Shown here piece after piece: positions 12,201-30,931 of a DNA stretch of 64,000 nt. The notes under the pieces are model-generated. The model was not told the DNA's origin, ran no database searches, and saw only the letters and a list, made by a program, of their open reading frames with translations. Made by a program: the position numbers and the translations under genes. The stretch is from Macrostomum lignano (Eukaryota). The DNA is taken from contig NIVC01000225.1 of NCBI GenBank assembly GCA_002269645.1, forward strand, positions 710,927 through 774,926, given 5' to 3'. The first letter of the stretch is position 1, and every line of letters begins with the position of its first letter.

Positions 12201-15200
12201 CAAGGGACCTATTTATATTAATACAGTGCCATAGTCAAGATGGCTTTTTTCACAGAAAATTCCAACACAAAAGGGGGTTGAACATGCGCTGCACTGTGTA
12301 AAAATAAAGCAAGGTAGAAAAATCTGGCGCAGTATGGCATAAGACAAAAAATTGGCATAATTTGGTGCAAAATAAAAATTTCTGAGGAGACAATATTTTC
12401 TGACAGAAAATTAACATGTAATTTCTTTTTATTAGCACTTTTTATTTGCTAGTATATTGACAGCTTTTTACTTAATTTATGTTAACATTGCATTTTCTAT
12501 GAAAAAGATTCAAATACAATTTTTACTAGTATTTTTCAAATGGAAAATTACTGATTTTTGTATTTTTTCAAAAAGTAGTGGTACATGGCACAAGCAAACT
12601 TTTTTGATAGGAATAGTTCCAGTGCATGGTGCAAGCCAACTTTTTTATAGGATTTATTAGTACACAGTGCAATCAAACTTTTTGATAGGATTCATTCCAG
12701 CGCAGGCATGCCATGATCCTGATTATGGATATAGCATCCCTCTAATATACCCTGCTAATGTATTATTATATTGTATGGCATTTATATCTACTGAATTTTA
12801 GAAAAAAATAATTGCTAGTTAACTTAGTTATAGGCAACTGACATAAAAAATCTCACAGTCCTATGTATGATGCAAATTATTAATACTAGTAGGCCTAACT
12901 AATATAAATATAACAAGTCTACAGGTTCTTGAATCAATTAAACATATAGACCCTACTCTACTCTCATTAAAATCTGTCATGCATTGCTTAAGCATAAAAT
13001 TGAGCATAAAATTTCCTTCCTCAATAGATTAGTCATGTTTATAACTTATTGCTTTGTCTATGTCCTCTGACCTCTATGCGACACGACAACAGTACGAAAT
13101 AATTGGAGACAAGTGTAAAGTCAAATAAATAGAGTATACTAGAACTAGAGCTTTTGACATTCCTGTACTCTCAGGTTTTTGCACTACACACGTATTTTAC
13201 AACAGGTGAAGTGGCCAACATTGGTCGTATGGTTCCATTTACAATAACGCGTGCACAGCTTGGTTTGTCTCTCGCTGGAAGTACAAGGTGTAAGAAAAAT
13301 TATTTCTTTCGAATAAAATAAGAGACTTAAAAAAAATATTCCACACAATTTGCCGTAGTTATCATTGTTGTTTTAATTAATTTTTGTAGTAAAACGCTTT
13401 TCAAAGTAATTAAATTTTAATATCATAGTAATTTCGTGAGAAATAAAAACATTTCACGCTTACTTTGTTTATATCACCAAAGCCACAAAACTTTAGGCTT
13501 ACAGTCAATCCGGTGACAATGCGATTAGTGTGCAGCTTTTACTGCAAATAAAGAACACATCGATTTAAATGCAGTTTCTTGTTGACATTTATTTCCAAAG
13601 AAATAGCGATCTAGGCTAAAACTGTTGAAAAGTCTAGCTAGTCACCTCGATCTCTGCGCAACCTCTCAGTTGAAAAGATTCGACCTTCGTGAAATTTTGA
13701 TCTTGTGAAATTTGGAGCTTGAGAACAGTCTGGCCAAGGACAACTGTATACTGTACAGTGGTCCCGTGTCTATAGCTATACAATGTACATGTATACTGTG
13801 CACGGTACATGTAGATCAGGTTGTATGGAGTTTCGCTCCATATAATGAAACAATAACAAGTAGTAATTTCTGACGATTTAAAGTTTCCAGCAGCTAGCTT
13901 ATGAATTTTTTTGAGTGTATGAAATGAATTGAAATTTTACATGTAGTTTCGGTAAATGGCAATTTGTTGTGAGCTTCGAGAGCTCCACCTGTTGCTGTTC
14001 TGCTTGTTCGACAAATTTAAATCCGAGCGAATGAAACTCGCTCATATTTAAATTTAAATCCGAAGGCCACGAAAGCAAACCCGCGGCACTTCGTAGGTAC
14101 AGAATATCTTGCATGGGTTGATTATACTGAATTATTGCGACCAACGTGCGTTAGGTTTAATTTACAATGCTCGTATAGTTCAATGAGAAATTAAAATATA
14201 TAGAGAAGGCCGCGGGCTCATATATCACATGCATTATATTTAGTTGTACATTTGTAAACAAATGTACTAAAACTTAAGCTGCAATATGTTAAAAAAGCAA
14301 ATAGTTCAATTAAACAGGCAAGTTCCAATTTCTCTTTTTTACTTATGGACCCAGTTCGGGTTGCTCTCGCCTTCGTCCGCAAAGGCAAAAACGATCAGGC
14401 GTTAATAAATTTTATGGCCATATTCACTATTATAAGCCATAAAACCATGCATATAGGGTTTGGTTCTGCGTCTTATAAGCATCTGAATCTGACGTTTTGT
14501 TCTGCGCATTCAGTTTATGCCATGCTTAGCTACTGCTTTAATTTGTTCCTTTTGGTATTTAATCTATGCTAAACCCTCAGTCCCGTAACACAATTAGACG
14601 TCCCTGTGAGGATGCAAATACGTCTCTAATTGGGGACGTATAATTCTAAGCCGCAAAAGTAGATAAAAGAAAGCCAGAGACACGCATAGTTCTTAAAAAT
14701 CACTGGAAAATGGGAAAATATGGCTTGTTTTGTAGTAAAACATCAAGGCTAAGAATTTTTTATGAGTAATGTATGCATTATATACGTATCGTTTCGTATT
14801 TTTGGGACGAAAGAAACGAGAGGGAGAAAGTTTTTTTAATATGAATAATTTTGAATCAATATCATTTTTACTTATACCTAACTAGCTTTTCATTGTAATA
14901 AGCAAATTTACCATAATAATATATAATACATTCAGCTAGAATTGTTTTAACTAGTAAAAATTTAAACTCACAAATATAATGTGACTGCGCGCGCACATGC
15001 ACACTCATTCATTGTTCAGCGCTGATGCGTCTAGACTTAGTGGACCACATCAATTTCAAATTATTGCTACGCATCCTGTATAATATGAGATTTTAGTGTG
15101 TGCAGTAAACATATGTTTTCCTCACTAATGTTCGTAAGCACTAATAATTGAGTACGTTTATAAATAAATATAATTCTATAGTTATGACAAAAATTGGGAG

Positions 15201-15829
15201 CCCAATCAAGTATATACCAAATAATCAGGCGCTGTAAATTTTTGTATGTCTTTTTGCAATAAACTACCATGGATTTGTAATCTGATTATTTATGATGCGT
15301 GTAGTGATATATTAGCTAGTGCCATATTTATTTTGCTTAATATTTGTTTGGTACTTAATTGCTTTATCTAGAGTACCATAGCTTATGTGTATCTCATGCC
15401 TGATATGATTTAGTAGGGCCTAGTTAATCAACATTTCATGTGCAATTGAATAGTGCTCAAAATCATGGAATATCTCGATTTTTATTGAGTAATTTGCCAA
15501 ATTTACACAAGAGTTAAACCCACTGTGATGGCTCATTAGAATTAGTTTTTACTTTTTCCTCATTTGAGCTTTAAAAGTTGCATGCATGCAACCATTTGTT
15601 AGTATCTAAATATGTTGATAAGTTAAGAATTGCTCCAGAAATTTCATTAGTTGTGGGGTTTTTGCTTATAAATCTTATTAATGTTAGTTTTATAATTGGA
15701 ATGTAGCATAATTATGACAATGCCATGGCTAAGAAATAAACAGTGATTTTATGCTACTAGTTTTCAAATATTATTGTTATTAGATTATTAAATTATAAGA
15801 TTGCTACAGATGACGGGTCTATGACATTT

Positions 15830-16015
15830 TACTGCCTCAATTTGACTGCCACAAATTGACTGCTACCCTTTTGACTGCTGACAATTTGACTGCCACCCAT
15901 TTATTTGACTGCCATCCTTTTGACTGCTGACAATTTGACTGCTGGTCATTTGACTGCTGCCATTTTGACTCCCAGCAACATTTGACTGCCAGTGACATTT
16001 GACTGCCACTCACAC
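15830..16015. repeat. Degenerate short tandem repeat (TTTGACTGC core) inside the transposon
   Basis: About 10 copies of TTTGACTGC/CC at 15-20 bp spacing. Confidence 0.8.
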
Positions 16016-16144
16016 TTTGAATATGAATCTAAGCAATTTCCTTAGCTGCCATAGTTGTATGCTTCATTGCTTGTCACCCATTTGTGATCTGGATTTCCTA
16101 TTGTTAGCCATCACTTAAATTATTTGTTGTAACCCTTTTTGCAG

Positions 16145-16713
16145 AGGAAGTATTGCGCTGGTCGAGCAGAAAATGCCGTTAAAATATCAGACGCCGTGTT
16201 GGCAATGCTGGTTTGGACGGCAAAGCCGTCCGTTTTGTGCAACTACAATATGGAAGGCCGAAGAGGCGACAAGCAAAAGTTGCCTGCACCAGTGGCCGAC
16301 TGCGTAGTTGGTGAGTCTCTTGGTTTGCGCTGCTCTTTTAAAATAAACGCGTGGGACTCATGCAAACTCTTAAACGCATTTTTTCAGGAGTCGTGCTGGA
16401 CTCAAAATCCCTCCGCCGCCAGTTGGGATGCATCAGTGCCAGATCCTTTGTCGGCAGCGTCTTAAAGCGAATGAAACGGAAGTCCCAATCTGGTGCCGAA
16501 TGCCTTGGTGTCGACAATGCAAACGAGCACACGGACAGTCGCGAAGAGACGGCCGAAACAGTCGAGCCGAGTGGAGAGACTGACGAGGAGATAGACGAGG
16601 AGATGGACGAGGAGATCGACGAAGAGATGGACGAGGAGATCGACGAAGAGATCGACGAGGAGATCGACGAGGTCAACGAAGAGATGAACGAGGCAGATGT
16701 AGAGAGCGACTGA
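16145..16713 (+). CDS. Transposon-borne spliced ORF, BEN/DUF4806-like helical domain plus acidic tail (5' end not found)
   Basis: Exon 16145-16310 (cag acceptor, G|GTGAGT donor), 77-bp intron, exon 16388-16713, joining in frame: RKYCAGRAENAVKISDAVLAMLVWTAKPSVLCNYNMEGRRGDKQKLPAPVADCVVGVVLDSKSLRRQLGCISARSFVGSVLKRMKRK, then a (DEEI/M)n tail and stop. The NYNMEG..K..L and terminal LKRMKRK pattern resembles BEN-like domains by eye only. Confidence 0.55.
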
Positions 16714-19036
16714 CTCGACTGCAACCGACCCCACCCCACCCCGACTCTGCAGCTCCACCCACTCTGTCCCATTCTCACTCGTGCGCACGCGTCGCGACGA
16801 ACTGTCTCTCTCATTCTCACTGTCTCTCATTTCCCACTGTCTCTCGCACTCCCACTTTGTCCCTCTATCTCTCTCATTCTCCCCTTTAACTCTCTCCCTC
16901 TCTTTCTCTAACTTTCTCACTCTCACTCTCGGTGTGAGGTGTAGAATTTGTTGCTAAACGACTTTTCCAACCACGCAAACTGATGCCTCATTTTTTCTGC
17001 CATTTTTTCTCTATGTTGATAAAGATTGATGCTTAAAACTGAGTGAAATTTGCTGATTTTAATGAGCATTTTCATACCCCAATGGCAGTTGTTATTTTGA
17101 CATGAGGCATCAGTTTGTGTGATTGCAAAATTTGTTTGGCAAGAAATTCTACACCTCACACATCACAAATCTCAGCATCACTGCCATAGCAAACAACTTT
17201 AATCCATCAAATTTGTGTTACAATCTCTTGTTGAAGTTTTCTGTTCAGGGAAATTTGTTAAAAGTTGTTCTGACATTTTGTTATAAAGTTTTTTTCTACG
17301 TCACCCTCACGTAGATATAAGTATTTACATTACTTTTTAAAATCAATTTTAAACACGTACAAACTACAGTAATGTGAATCACTAAGTACACATATGAGAA
17401 CCTTAGAACCGCATCTCGTATGCGTGGAAATCATACAGTTTTGTATGTGTTTGTGTGAAGTACTCGAGGTCTGCAGCTCTATTAAATTCAGTTTTTTGTT
17501 TGGCGTGAAATTTTGCCGCAGAGTCAGTCCGTGCAGAAGTGCAACAAGGATGGCAAATGCATGCGGTCGAGTTATTATGAAGGTCTCATAGGAGTCGCCT
17601 GGGGACGGCCATGGCACGTCTCGAAATTTCGTATCGGACACGTATCTGCAACTATCAAAAGTACTGTCCCTGAGACGAAACTTCTGGACCTCGGGGGGAC
17701 GTCTCCGATACGTATCGATACGAAAAATTGCGTTACGGGAGTGATGATTTACAAATTCGTCCATATGGTTTTTGCTGACTTATGCAATCTACTGGTATTA
17801 AAAAACAAATGTTGGTCCGGATTCGATCGATGCTCTTCAAAATCGTATTTGCTAATTAATACATCGTAACTGCATGTATAGGTTCGTCAGTAAATGATCA
17901 AATTGCTTTGTTGGTTGTGTCATCCCGCGATTAAGCAGAAACTTTAAACCCAGCTAAAATTCATTGCATATTGGCCCCTGCAGATGATTTGTTTGATTTG
18001 TCATCAAAATTAATTTAACAGATGTGAAGATCATATGAAAGCCGCGTCTAAGAACTTTTTTGACGCACTAGTTGATAGTATTACGCCCGTGAAAGAGAGA
18101 ACTGCTTATCAAGTATACTGTATAATGTAATTGGTAAGCCTAACAGAAGTGGCACGTATTCGAAGGCTGCGATATAGCAGGCCGACTAAGGAGCAGCTAG
18201 AGTACTAACTTTACTTTATCGAGCCAGCTTATGGCTTTGCATGTAAATTTTTCTTTATCTTATTCACTCAGACTTTATAAATACATGTGACTCTGATCAA
18301 TTTCGTTTATAAACTTCCACAACAACGGTTATATAACACACTGTATAATGTTACCACGTGTCCTTTGAAAAATTAAGATCGAACCGCTTCATGGTTTCAC
18401 CCCATGACCGGTGATAACACCGGCTGTCCTGTTTCTTTCCGCATTGTACAAGCCACAGAAAAATTATAACAATAATTCCACCTGACCTGCCAAATTTCCG
18501 GGTTTATTCCGTTCTTAATTTAAACTGCAAGCCGGTACTCGCAACTTTGCTATAGTAGTTATACGATTTTAGAGAATTTACCAACAACAATCAGAGCCAA
18601 CGCAAATTTTTAAATAAACTACATATAGCTTGCGACTTCTCAACCTTGATATCTCAGCAATTTCTCCTACAGGGTAATGAAAAGTGTACAAGGAAAATTC
18701 AATTAAATTAAATGTTTTTGTTTTCAGCAGCACAAAATTGATTGTAATTGACACTCAGATTAGAATTACGAGCTATTATTTTTACTATATATTTGTGCTA
18801 CACGTTATACATGTAGAAAAATGTAAACTATTATATATATAACTAATAAGTTTATCAGGATTATCAGAATTCTAAATTCTATTTTATTCAGGATTAAATA
18901 TCCTACATCTAATCGAATGCTACTTTAAGTAGGGTTAGTTGTAAACATTTAAAATTTTATTCAGAGCATTAATTTTATATACGAGCGTAGGCTCGTAGTC
19001 GCAACAAAAATGATAGAAAACTAATAAAGAATGGAT

Positions 19037-24135
<5,099 letters not shown>

Positions 24136-25657
24136 CTGAAGTGAATGCAGCTTGACACTGACTGAAAGGCCAAACATGGGAGAAAACATTGAAAAACCTA
24201 CCGTCTGATGTAAATGTCGAATTTCTTGCGTAATCGTGTCGCTAAAAATAGAATCATTTAACTACTCGCAGCCAATCAGCAATAACTTAGGGTAGAAAGA
24301 TGGGATTCTGTCATCTTGTTGCTAAAAATAGATTTTTTAAAGAATTTTTTTAAAGACTTGCCGACCAATCAGCGGAAGGTTAAATATAAAGATTCTAATG
24401 TATAAGGACAATAGAAAGCAAACGCAATAAAAAAACAATTCTCACCCGTCTAAGTGGGTAATTCGATATTCTTTCCATGAACATTGACTCATCAAACAGC
24501 ATATAGACCGTGCTGGTTTTTGGTTGAATATAGCAACAAATTTCGTACTTGTGACTGCCAAGAAGTACAATATCAGTGTCATTGTTGAAGCTCCTGACTA
24601 AAATTGGGAAAACAATGTGGAATTTACATTGTACTAACTCACTTGCATTATCTAGATAGTTCAAACGCCAAGATAAACTCACCTTCTCCTGCTGTGCCTT
24701 CATCAGAATGAAATATTTGAAAGTATTGCTGCAGCGGGTCTCTTTGAGCTTCTGTAAAGATTGTAAAGATCTGTAAAGATTGTTGACAGTCAAAACAGTA
24801 CCTAATGCATAGGAAAATCATCGCATATTTTATTTTTGCTAAATAAATTTAAACGCTTTTTGACTCATCTCTTAACTTTAACTATTTTCAGGTACATTTC
24901 AGGTAAAATTACCGGCTAAATCAATGGCCGACATGAATCGAAATTTATTTAGCTGAGAATATTTTTATTGACAAAACTAAAGCCATAGTGTATTTTGTTT
25001 CAAAAGTTGTCGATTGTCGTGTGCGATTCGCACCCCATGAGGGCCAACCACCAAGGCACAGAGAGTGCACATGCCTGACCGATTAGAAAGTCAATGAAAT
25101 CTGCGTACTAACCGCAACCAATTCTGCTTAACCTATGGCGATCCCTGGGTCTGGTTATTCTTCAGCAATTCCCCCAAACTGTATGGCATATGGGAATAAA
25201 TGGGAAAGAGAGAAAGGTTTCATGCTTATAGATTAAATATTGAAAGTGCCATTTTTAGGCTTTCATCTTTTAGTGGTGTGTTTACAAAAGCTCTTATCGT
25301 ATTTATGGCTACCCTCCAGGCCGGGATGAAGGCTTGCATGGCCCGCCATAATCACGGACATCGATAGTGCAAGTAAGCATTGGCGGAAGTTGACCTGTTC
25401 GACTTATAAATACCAGCTATCATACTCTCCCAGATTGCTTCCAGGTTGAGTTGAGTAGCGCAGTTTTGTACTGTAGATAGCCACATGGACTACTTTAGCC
25501 TTTAAGGACCCTTAGTCCACTTGACTCGCTGCTGTAATCTTGATGCAGAACTCTAATCTAAAGTCTCCCCCGTTGTCCGTGTCATCAAACAGAGTGGATT
25601 TCCACTTGAAAGTCGCTTTGTGATGTATAGAAACACTGTTGAATCCGACTGGATGGC

Positions 25658-25865
<208 letters not shown>

Positions 25866-26689
25866 CACGGACAGACTCGCGCAGTCAGTCAGTCAGCAGT
25901 TGCTGACCGCATGCATTCGCATAGTTTCTGCCTACCCTAGCAAGCAAAGATGGCAGGCGCACTGCAGCAGACGAAACTTCTGGGTGTCAAGGAACTTCAC
26001 CCCCCCCCCTCTTCACTCGATGCCAGACGGCAGGCAGCAGCTCTGTATGAACTGGTATATTATAGTAAGACCACCATTTGTCCTGACTGGCGTACAGCGC
26101 AGACTTATTACACTAATTAGGGCACTGACAGCTTTGCGGAGTTGCAAAACGCTACACAGTTTTGGAAGGTCATTTCTCATTATTTCCCTCTCCCTCCCCG
26201 GCTGCTATCCACTTTCTTTTCTCCTCGTATCTCCCAGTCTGTATTAAAGAATTCTTCTTTTCCTGTATTCTATATTTTTAGCTATTATAGCCCCGTCTTC
26301 TTATCCACATTTTCTGCAACAATTGCTATCGGCTGCTACATTCTGTTTTGGACTCTATAGCGCAGTTAGTAGTCATTGGGTGAATTAGAAGCGACTTAAG
26401 TGTAATGGCTTAAATGCCTCTTTTAATATTAAGGTTTCAAACTATTCTGTTTATAATAAAGTAAAATTGGCTTCAGAAATATTTGCTACAGTTGGGGAAC
26501 TGTGCGCTGTTATTGGTGTGATTGGCTTAGTGTAGCAGAATTTGGTGTCTGAACTAAACGTATTCGTACGAATTCTGACGAAGAGTTCATATTTTTGTGT
26601 AGCCATGTAGGCTTAGACGGTCACGTTGAGGCTTTCTTTTCTCTCAACAAACCCGAGGGAAAGGTTGGTCCTAAAAATCACAGGGAAAT

Positions 26690-27330
26690 GCAATGGCCCC
26701 AAACAGATCATATAATGAACGGTGGTAGCCCTAAAAGGATCACTAGGAACGGTGGTTGCCCCAAAAATATCAACGAGTGGTGGTGGCCCCAAAAGATAAA
26801 CAAGGAACGTTGGTGGCCCCAAAAATATCAACGAGTGGTGGTGGCCCCAAAGAATCATAGAAAACGGTGGTGGCCCCAAAAGATAAACAGGGAAGGTGGT
26901 GGCCCCGAAAGATAAACAGGAAGGTGGTGGCCCCAAAGATTCACATGGAACAGTGCTGGCCCCAAAAGGATCACAGGGAACGGTGGTGGCCCCAAAAATA
27001 TCAACGAGTGGTGGTGGCCCCAAAGAATCATAGAAAACGGTGGTGGCCCCAAAAGATAAACAGGGAAGGTGGTGGCCCCGAAAGATAAACAGGAAGGTGG
27101 TGGCCCCAAAGATTCACATGGAACAGTGCTGGCCCCAAAAGGATCACAGGGAACGGTGGTGGCCCCAAAAGGATCACAGGGAACGGTGGTGGCCCCAAAA
27201 GGATCACAGGGAACGGTGATGGCCCCAAAAGGATCACAGGGAACGGTGGTGGCCCCAAAAGGATCACAGGGAACGGTGGTGGCCCCAAAAGGATCACAGG
27301 GAACGGTGATGGCCCCAAAAGGATCACAGA
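26690..27330. repeat. Minisatellite array A, ~30-bp unit GGTGGTGGCCCCAAAAGGATCACAGGGAAC
   Basis: Direct tandem repeat with variant units; same family as arrays at 29760 and 32832. Confidence 0.95.
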
Positions 27331-27779
27331 AAGCGATGGCCGTGTCACCAAAGGAACGCTGCTGGCTCAAATAGAAACGGCAAAGTAATTTTTTGGCCCA
27401 GAAAAAGCTGCTTTTATGGCCAGTGAAAAGACGGTGCACTAATATCCCTTTTGAAGGACGACTTTGTAAAGAGTAAAAACATGACGCGGTCAGGTTTGTT
27501 TTGTAAAAATACAGTCGATTGATATCTTTATTGCAGACATAACTTTAGCCAGTAAATTCATTATAAGCACTCTAAATACAACCTGGACACCAGATGCCAA
27601 ACAAACTTTATATACGCTATTTTTTTTTCAGGCCACTTGATAGGCCTGCAATTTCTTGTTTTGGTCCACTACACCAAAATTGCTGACATTATATAGGGAA
27701 GACAATGTTTATACCGCAGTCAAATCATTGTGGACATTGTGAACTTTTGTTGCCCAAAAAGAAGTACCTGCATTCTTAC

Positions 27780-29704
27780 TAGGTAAAGTATTAGTATGCC
27801 TTGCAAAGTTATTCTGTCTAAAGACACTGAAGTAGTTTTGTCGCAGATCTGTTGCATTGGCTTCTGTGCACACGAAACGCTAACTATACATGTACATGTC
27901 TTCATGTATATCCATAACGCTTAAAGTTCACCTCCAATGCTCTTTCTAAGGATTTTAAACGCCTTGAATTCCAGAGATGGTAAATAGGGTTTACAGCGGC
28001 CCTGACAGCCTGACTTTCTCGTCATTAAGTCAGCCAATTTAAGTCCTTGTTAGCGCCTGTCTCTTGGTGTGCGGCGGGCGCCCTTGTCCCTTGGTTGGCG
28101 TCCCTATATCTCTGTCTCTTGGTGAGCGCTCCTATTCCTGTCTCTTGGTGTGCGTCCCTGTCCTTTGGTGGGCGCCCCTGTCTCTTGGTGGGCGTCCCTG
28201 TCTCTTGGTGAGCACCCCTGTCTCTTGGTGGGCGTCCCTGTCTCTTGGTGAGCACCCTTTGTCTCTTGGTGGGCGTCCCTGTCTATATTCCTGGGACGCC
28301 CACCATATATGTAAGTCAACCTACATGTATATAGAAGTTCGACTTATATCAGCCCTTGTCTCTTGGTTGGCGCCCCTGTCTCTTGGTTGGCGCCCCTGTC
28401 TCTTGGTTGGCGCCCCTGTCTCTTGGTTGGCGCCCCTGTCTCTTGGTTGGCGCCCCTGTCTCTTGGTTGGCGCCCCTGTCTCTTGGTTGGCGCCCCTGTC
28501 TCTTGGTTGGCGCCCCTGTCTCTTGGTTGGCGCCCCTGTCTCTTGGTTGGCGCCCCTGTCTCTTGGTGAGCGCTCCTACCTTCGTCTCTTAGACGGGTGG
28601 ATCGTGGATGTCACTCACATCCAAGAAAGATCTAGCAAAAAGTTTGGCTCCTGTCATTCGTCGAAAACCTCTGACGAAATGGATAAGCCTGTTTTATTTA
28701 GGTGCAATCTGACCCTCAGCATACGCCAAGCTGCTTAAACTCTATAATAAAATCTCATATACTGTAAAGTCAAGAATCTAAGGAATATACGGTAGTTACA
28801 ATAGTTGACTTATATCAGCTCACCGGAACAGCTGTAGGTCAATAGCAAAGTCATTATCAAACCAAATAAGCTGGTTATATACACGCAAGTAGTGCCAACA
28901 AATGCCGATTGTTGAAACGGCTGCCTGCTGGGCGCCATCAATCAGGTTTTTTAGTTGAGAGTACAACTTGGCTGTCTTGCAAGAAAATAATCTGACAGTA
29001 GGTACCGGATCCTCTGGGAGACTCAACCAGAACTGAACGATATAAAAAGTAAAAAGAAGATGATCCAAGCTTCTAATAGAACAGCGACAGAAAAAGAAGC
29101 AGAATGGAGGAGGTAAGGCAGACTTTTCTATCCTATATAACGATTGGTTGTCAGGGCCGCTGAGAGATGAGGCTTTTCCTGAGCGCCAAGGGGGTCGCTC
29201 GCCCTCCCCCATCGGTCGCCCACTTGCACTATGCAGTCAGTCAACGACCAATACGAATTGAGTCGGGGCAGGAGAAAAATATAAATCTTCATTTGGAATT
29301 TCTTCCAACAGAGAGACTGGTTGGAGGGGGACTTGAAACTGATATCCCTTACCGAGAGCTCGAAGCCCGAGCTGCTGAAGGGAAAACCAATAGGAAGAGC
29401 TGCGAGAGAAGATGAGCAATTCCCAGAAAAATGGCTTCAGGACTTTACCAACACTAAAATAGTATATTATATATACATATATACTTTCAGTACTGATTTA
29501 TATAGACCGATATTGGAAGTCAATCGATAAAGAAAGTAAGCTCATAGGATTAACCAATCTCAAGGCTCAGCTCACACTTCAGTATTTTCATGTGAAAACG
29601 CTGCACTCTAACCTTTCATGACAGACGGCGGGTCGCTTGCTGATCCCAAAAAAAATAATTCCCCAACTTCCAGTGCATTGGAAACACAAGAAGTACGCAC
29701 AGAC
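27780..29704 (-). CDS. Internal exons of an unidentified gene (copy 1 of the duplicated block)
   Basis: Six consecutive phase-compatible GT-AG exons: 29704-29613, 29399-29353, 29032-28824, 28688-28619, 28001-27932, 27883-27780, open for ~197 aa (…SSSGFELSFWLSLPEDP…YSQLKNLIDG…). Several donors are strong (GTAAGG, GTGAGC, GTGAGT, GTAAGA). No family recognised, and competing plus-strand parses exist. Confidence 0.4.
28050..28570. repeat. Minisatellite, 20-bp unit CGCCCCTGTCTCTTGGTTGG (duplicated at 31200-31640)
   Basis: Directly visible; a degenerate block followed by a homogeneous block. Confidence 0.95.
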
Positions 29705-29759
29705 CTTCAACCATTAAATTTTATAAACACGAATTGCCTTGGCCCCAACCTAAAAAACT

Positions 29760-30482
29760 CAAAAAATATCAACAAGGAGCGGTGGTGGCCCCAAAGAATC
29801 ACAGGAAAGGTGGTGGCTCCAAAGAATCACAGGAGCGGTGGTGGCCCTAAAAGGATCACAAGGAACGGTGGTGGCCTCAAAGAATCACAGGGAAGGTGGT
29901 GGCCACAAAAGATAAACAGGGAACGGTGGTGGCCTCAAAGAATCACAGGGAAGGTGGTGGCCCCAAAGAATCACAGGGAAGGTGGTGGCCCTAAAAGATA
30001 AACAGGGAACGGTGGTGGCCCCAAAGAATCACAGGGAAGGTGGTGGCCCCAAAAGATAAACAGGGAACGGCGGTGGCCCCAAAAGAATCACAGGGAACGG
30101 TGGTGGCCCCAAAAGGATCACAGGGAACGGTGGTGGCCCCAAAAGGATCACAGGGAACGGTGGTGGCCCCAAAAGGATCACAGGGAACGGTGGTGGCCCC
30201 AAAAGGATCACAGGGAACGGCATTGGGCCCCAAAGAAATACAGGAAACCGTGATGGCCCCAAAGATTCACATGGAACAGTGCTGGCCCCAAAAGGATCAC
30301 AGGGAACGGTGGTGGCCCCAAAAGGATCACAGGGAACGGCATTGGGCCCCAAAGAAATACAGGAAACCGTGATGGCCCCAAAGATTCACATGGAACAGTG
30401 CTGGCCCCAAAAGGATCACAGGGAACGGTGGTGGCCCCAAAAGGATCACAGGGAACGGTGGTGGCCCCAAAAGGATCACAGA
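29760..30482. repeat. Minisatellite array B (hybrid: start as array C, end as array A)
   Basis: 29761-~30200 matches 32832-~33270 unit for unit; ~30370-30490 matches the end of array A (~27100-27340). Confidence 0.9.
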
Positions 30483-30931
30483 AAGCGATGGCCGTGTCAC
30501 CAAAGGAACGCTGCTGGCTCAAATAGAAACGGCAAAGTAATTTTTTGGCCCAGAAAAAGCTGCTTTTATGGCCAGTGAAAAGACGGTGCACTAATATCCC
30601 TTTTGAAGGACGACTTTGTAAAGAGTAAAAAAATGACGCGGTCAGGTTTGTTTTGTAAAAATACAGTCGATTGATATCTTTATTGCAGACATAACTTTAG
30701 CCAGTAAATTCATTATAAGCACTCTAAATACAACCTGGACACCAGATGCCAAACAAACTTTATATACGCTATTTTTTTTTCAGGCCACTTGATAGGCCTG
30801 CAATTTCTTGTTTTGGTCCACTACACCAAAATTGCTGACTTTATATAGGGAAGACAATGTTTATACCGCAGTCAAATCATTGTGGACATTGTGAACTTTT
30901 GTTGCCCAAAAAGAAGTACCTGCATTCTTAC

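Larger units (their letters stand above)
14582..17739. mobile_element. Non-autonomous TIR DNA transposon, CACTA/EnSpm (CMC)-like, 3158 bp
   Basis: Left end CCCGTAACACAATT (14582) and right end AATTGCGTTACGGG (17726-17739) are inverted with 1 mismatch in 14 bp. Both ends are flanked by AGT (14579-14581, 17740-17742), a 3-bp TSD. AGACGTCCC..GAGG lies just inside both ends, and GGGACG/GATACG subterminal motifs cluster at both ends. No transposase ORF is visible. Superfamily is inferred from the CCC terminus plus 3-bp TSD. Confidence 0.8.

Noticed and set aside
13206-14420. Candidate exons at 13206-13289 (+), ~13937-14047 (-, MSEFHSLGF…) and 14345-14400 (+, MDPVRVALAF…)
   Set aside because: Short, unconnected and unrecognised; insufficient support to call a gene.
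25300-25375. WPAIITDID as a PWWP-like motif
   Set aside because: An in-frame stop lies just upstream, there is no start or consistent exon chain, and the match is too short.
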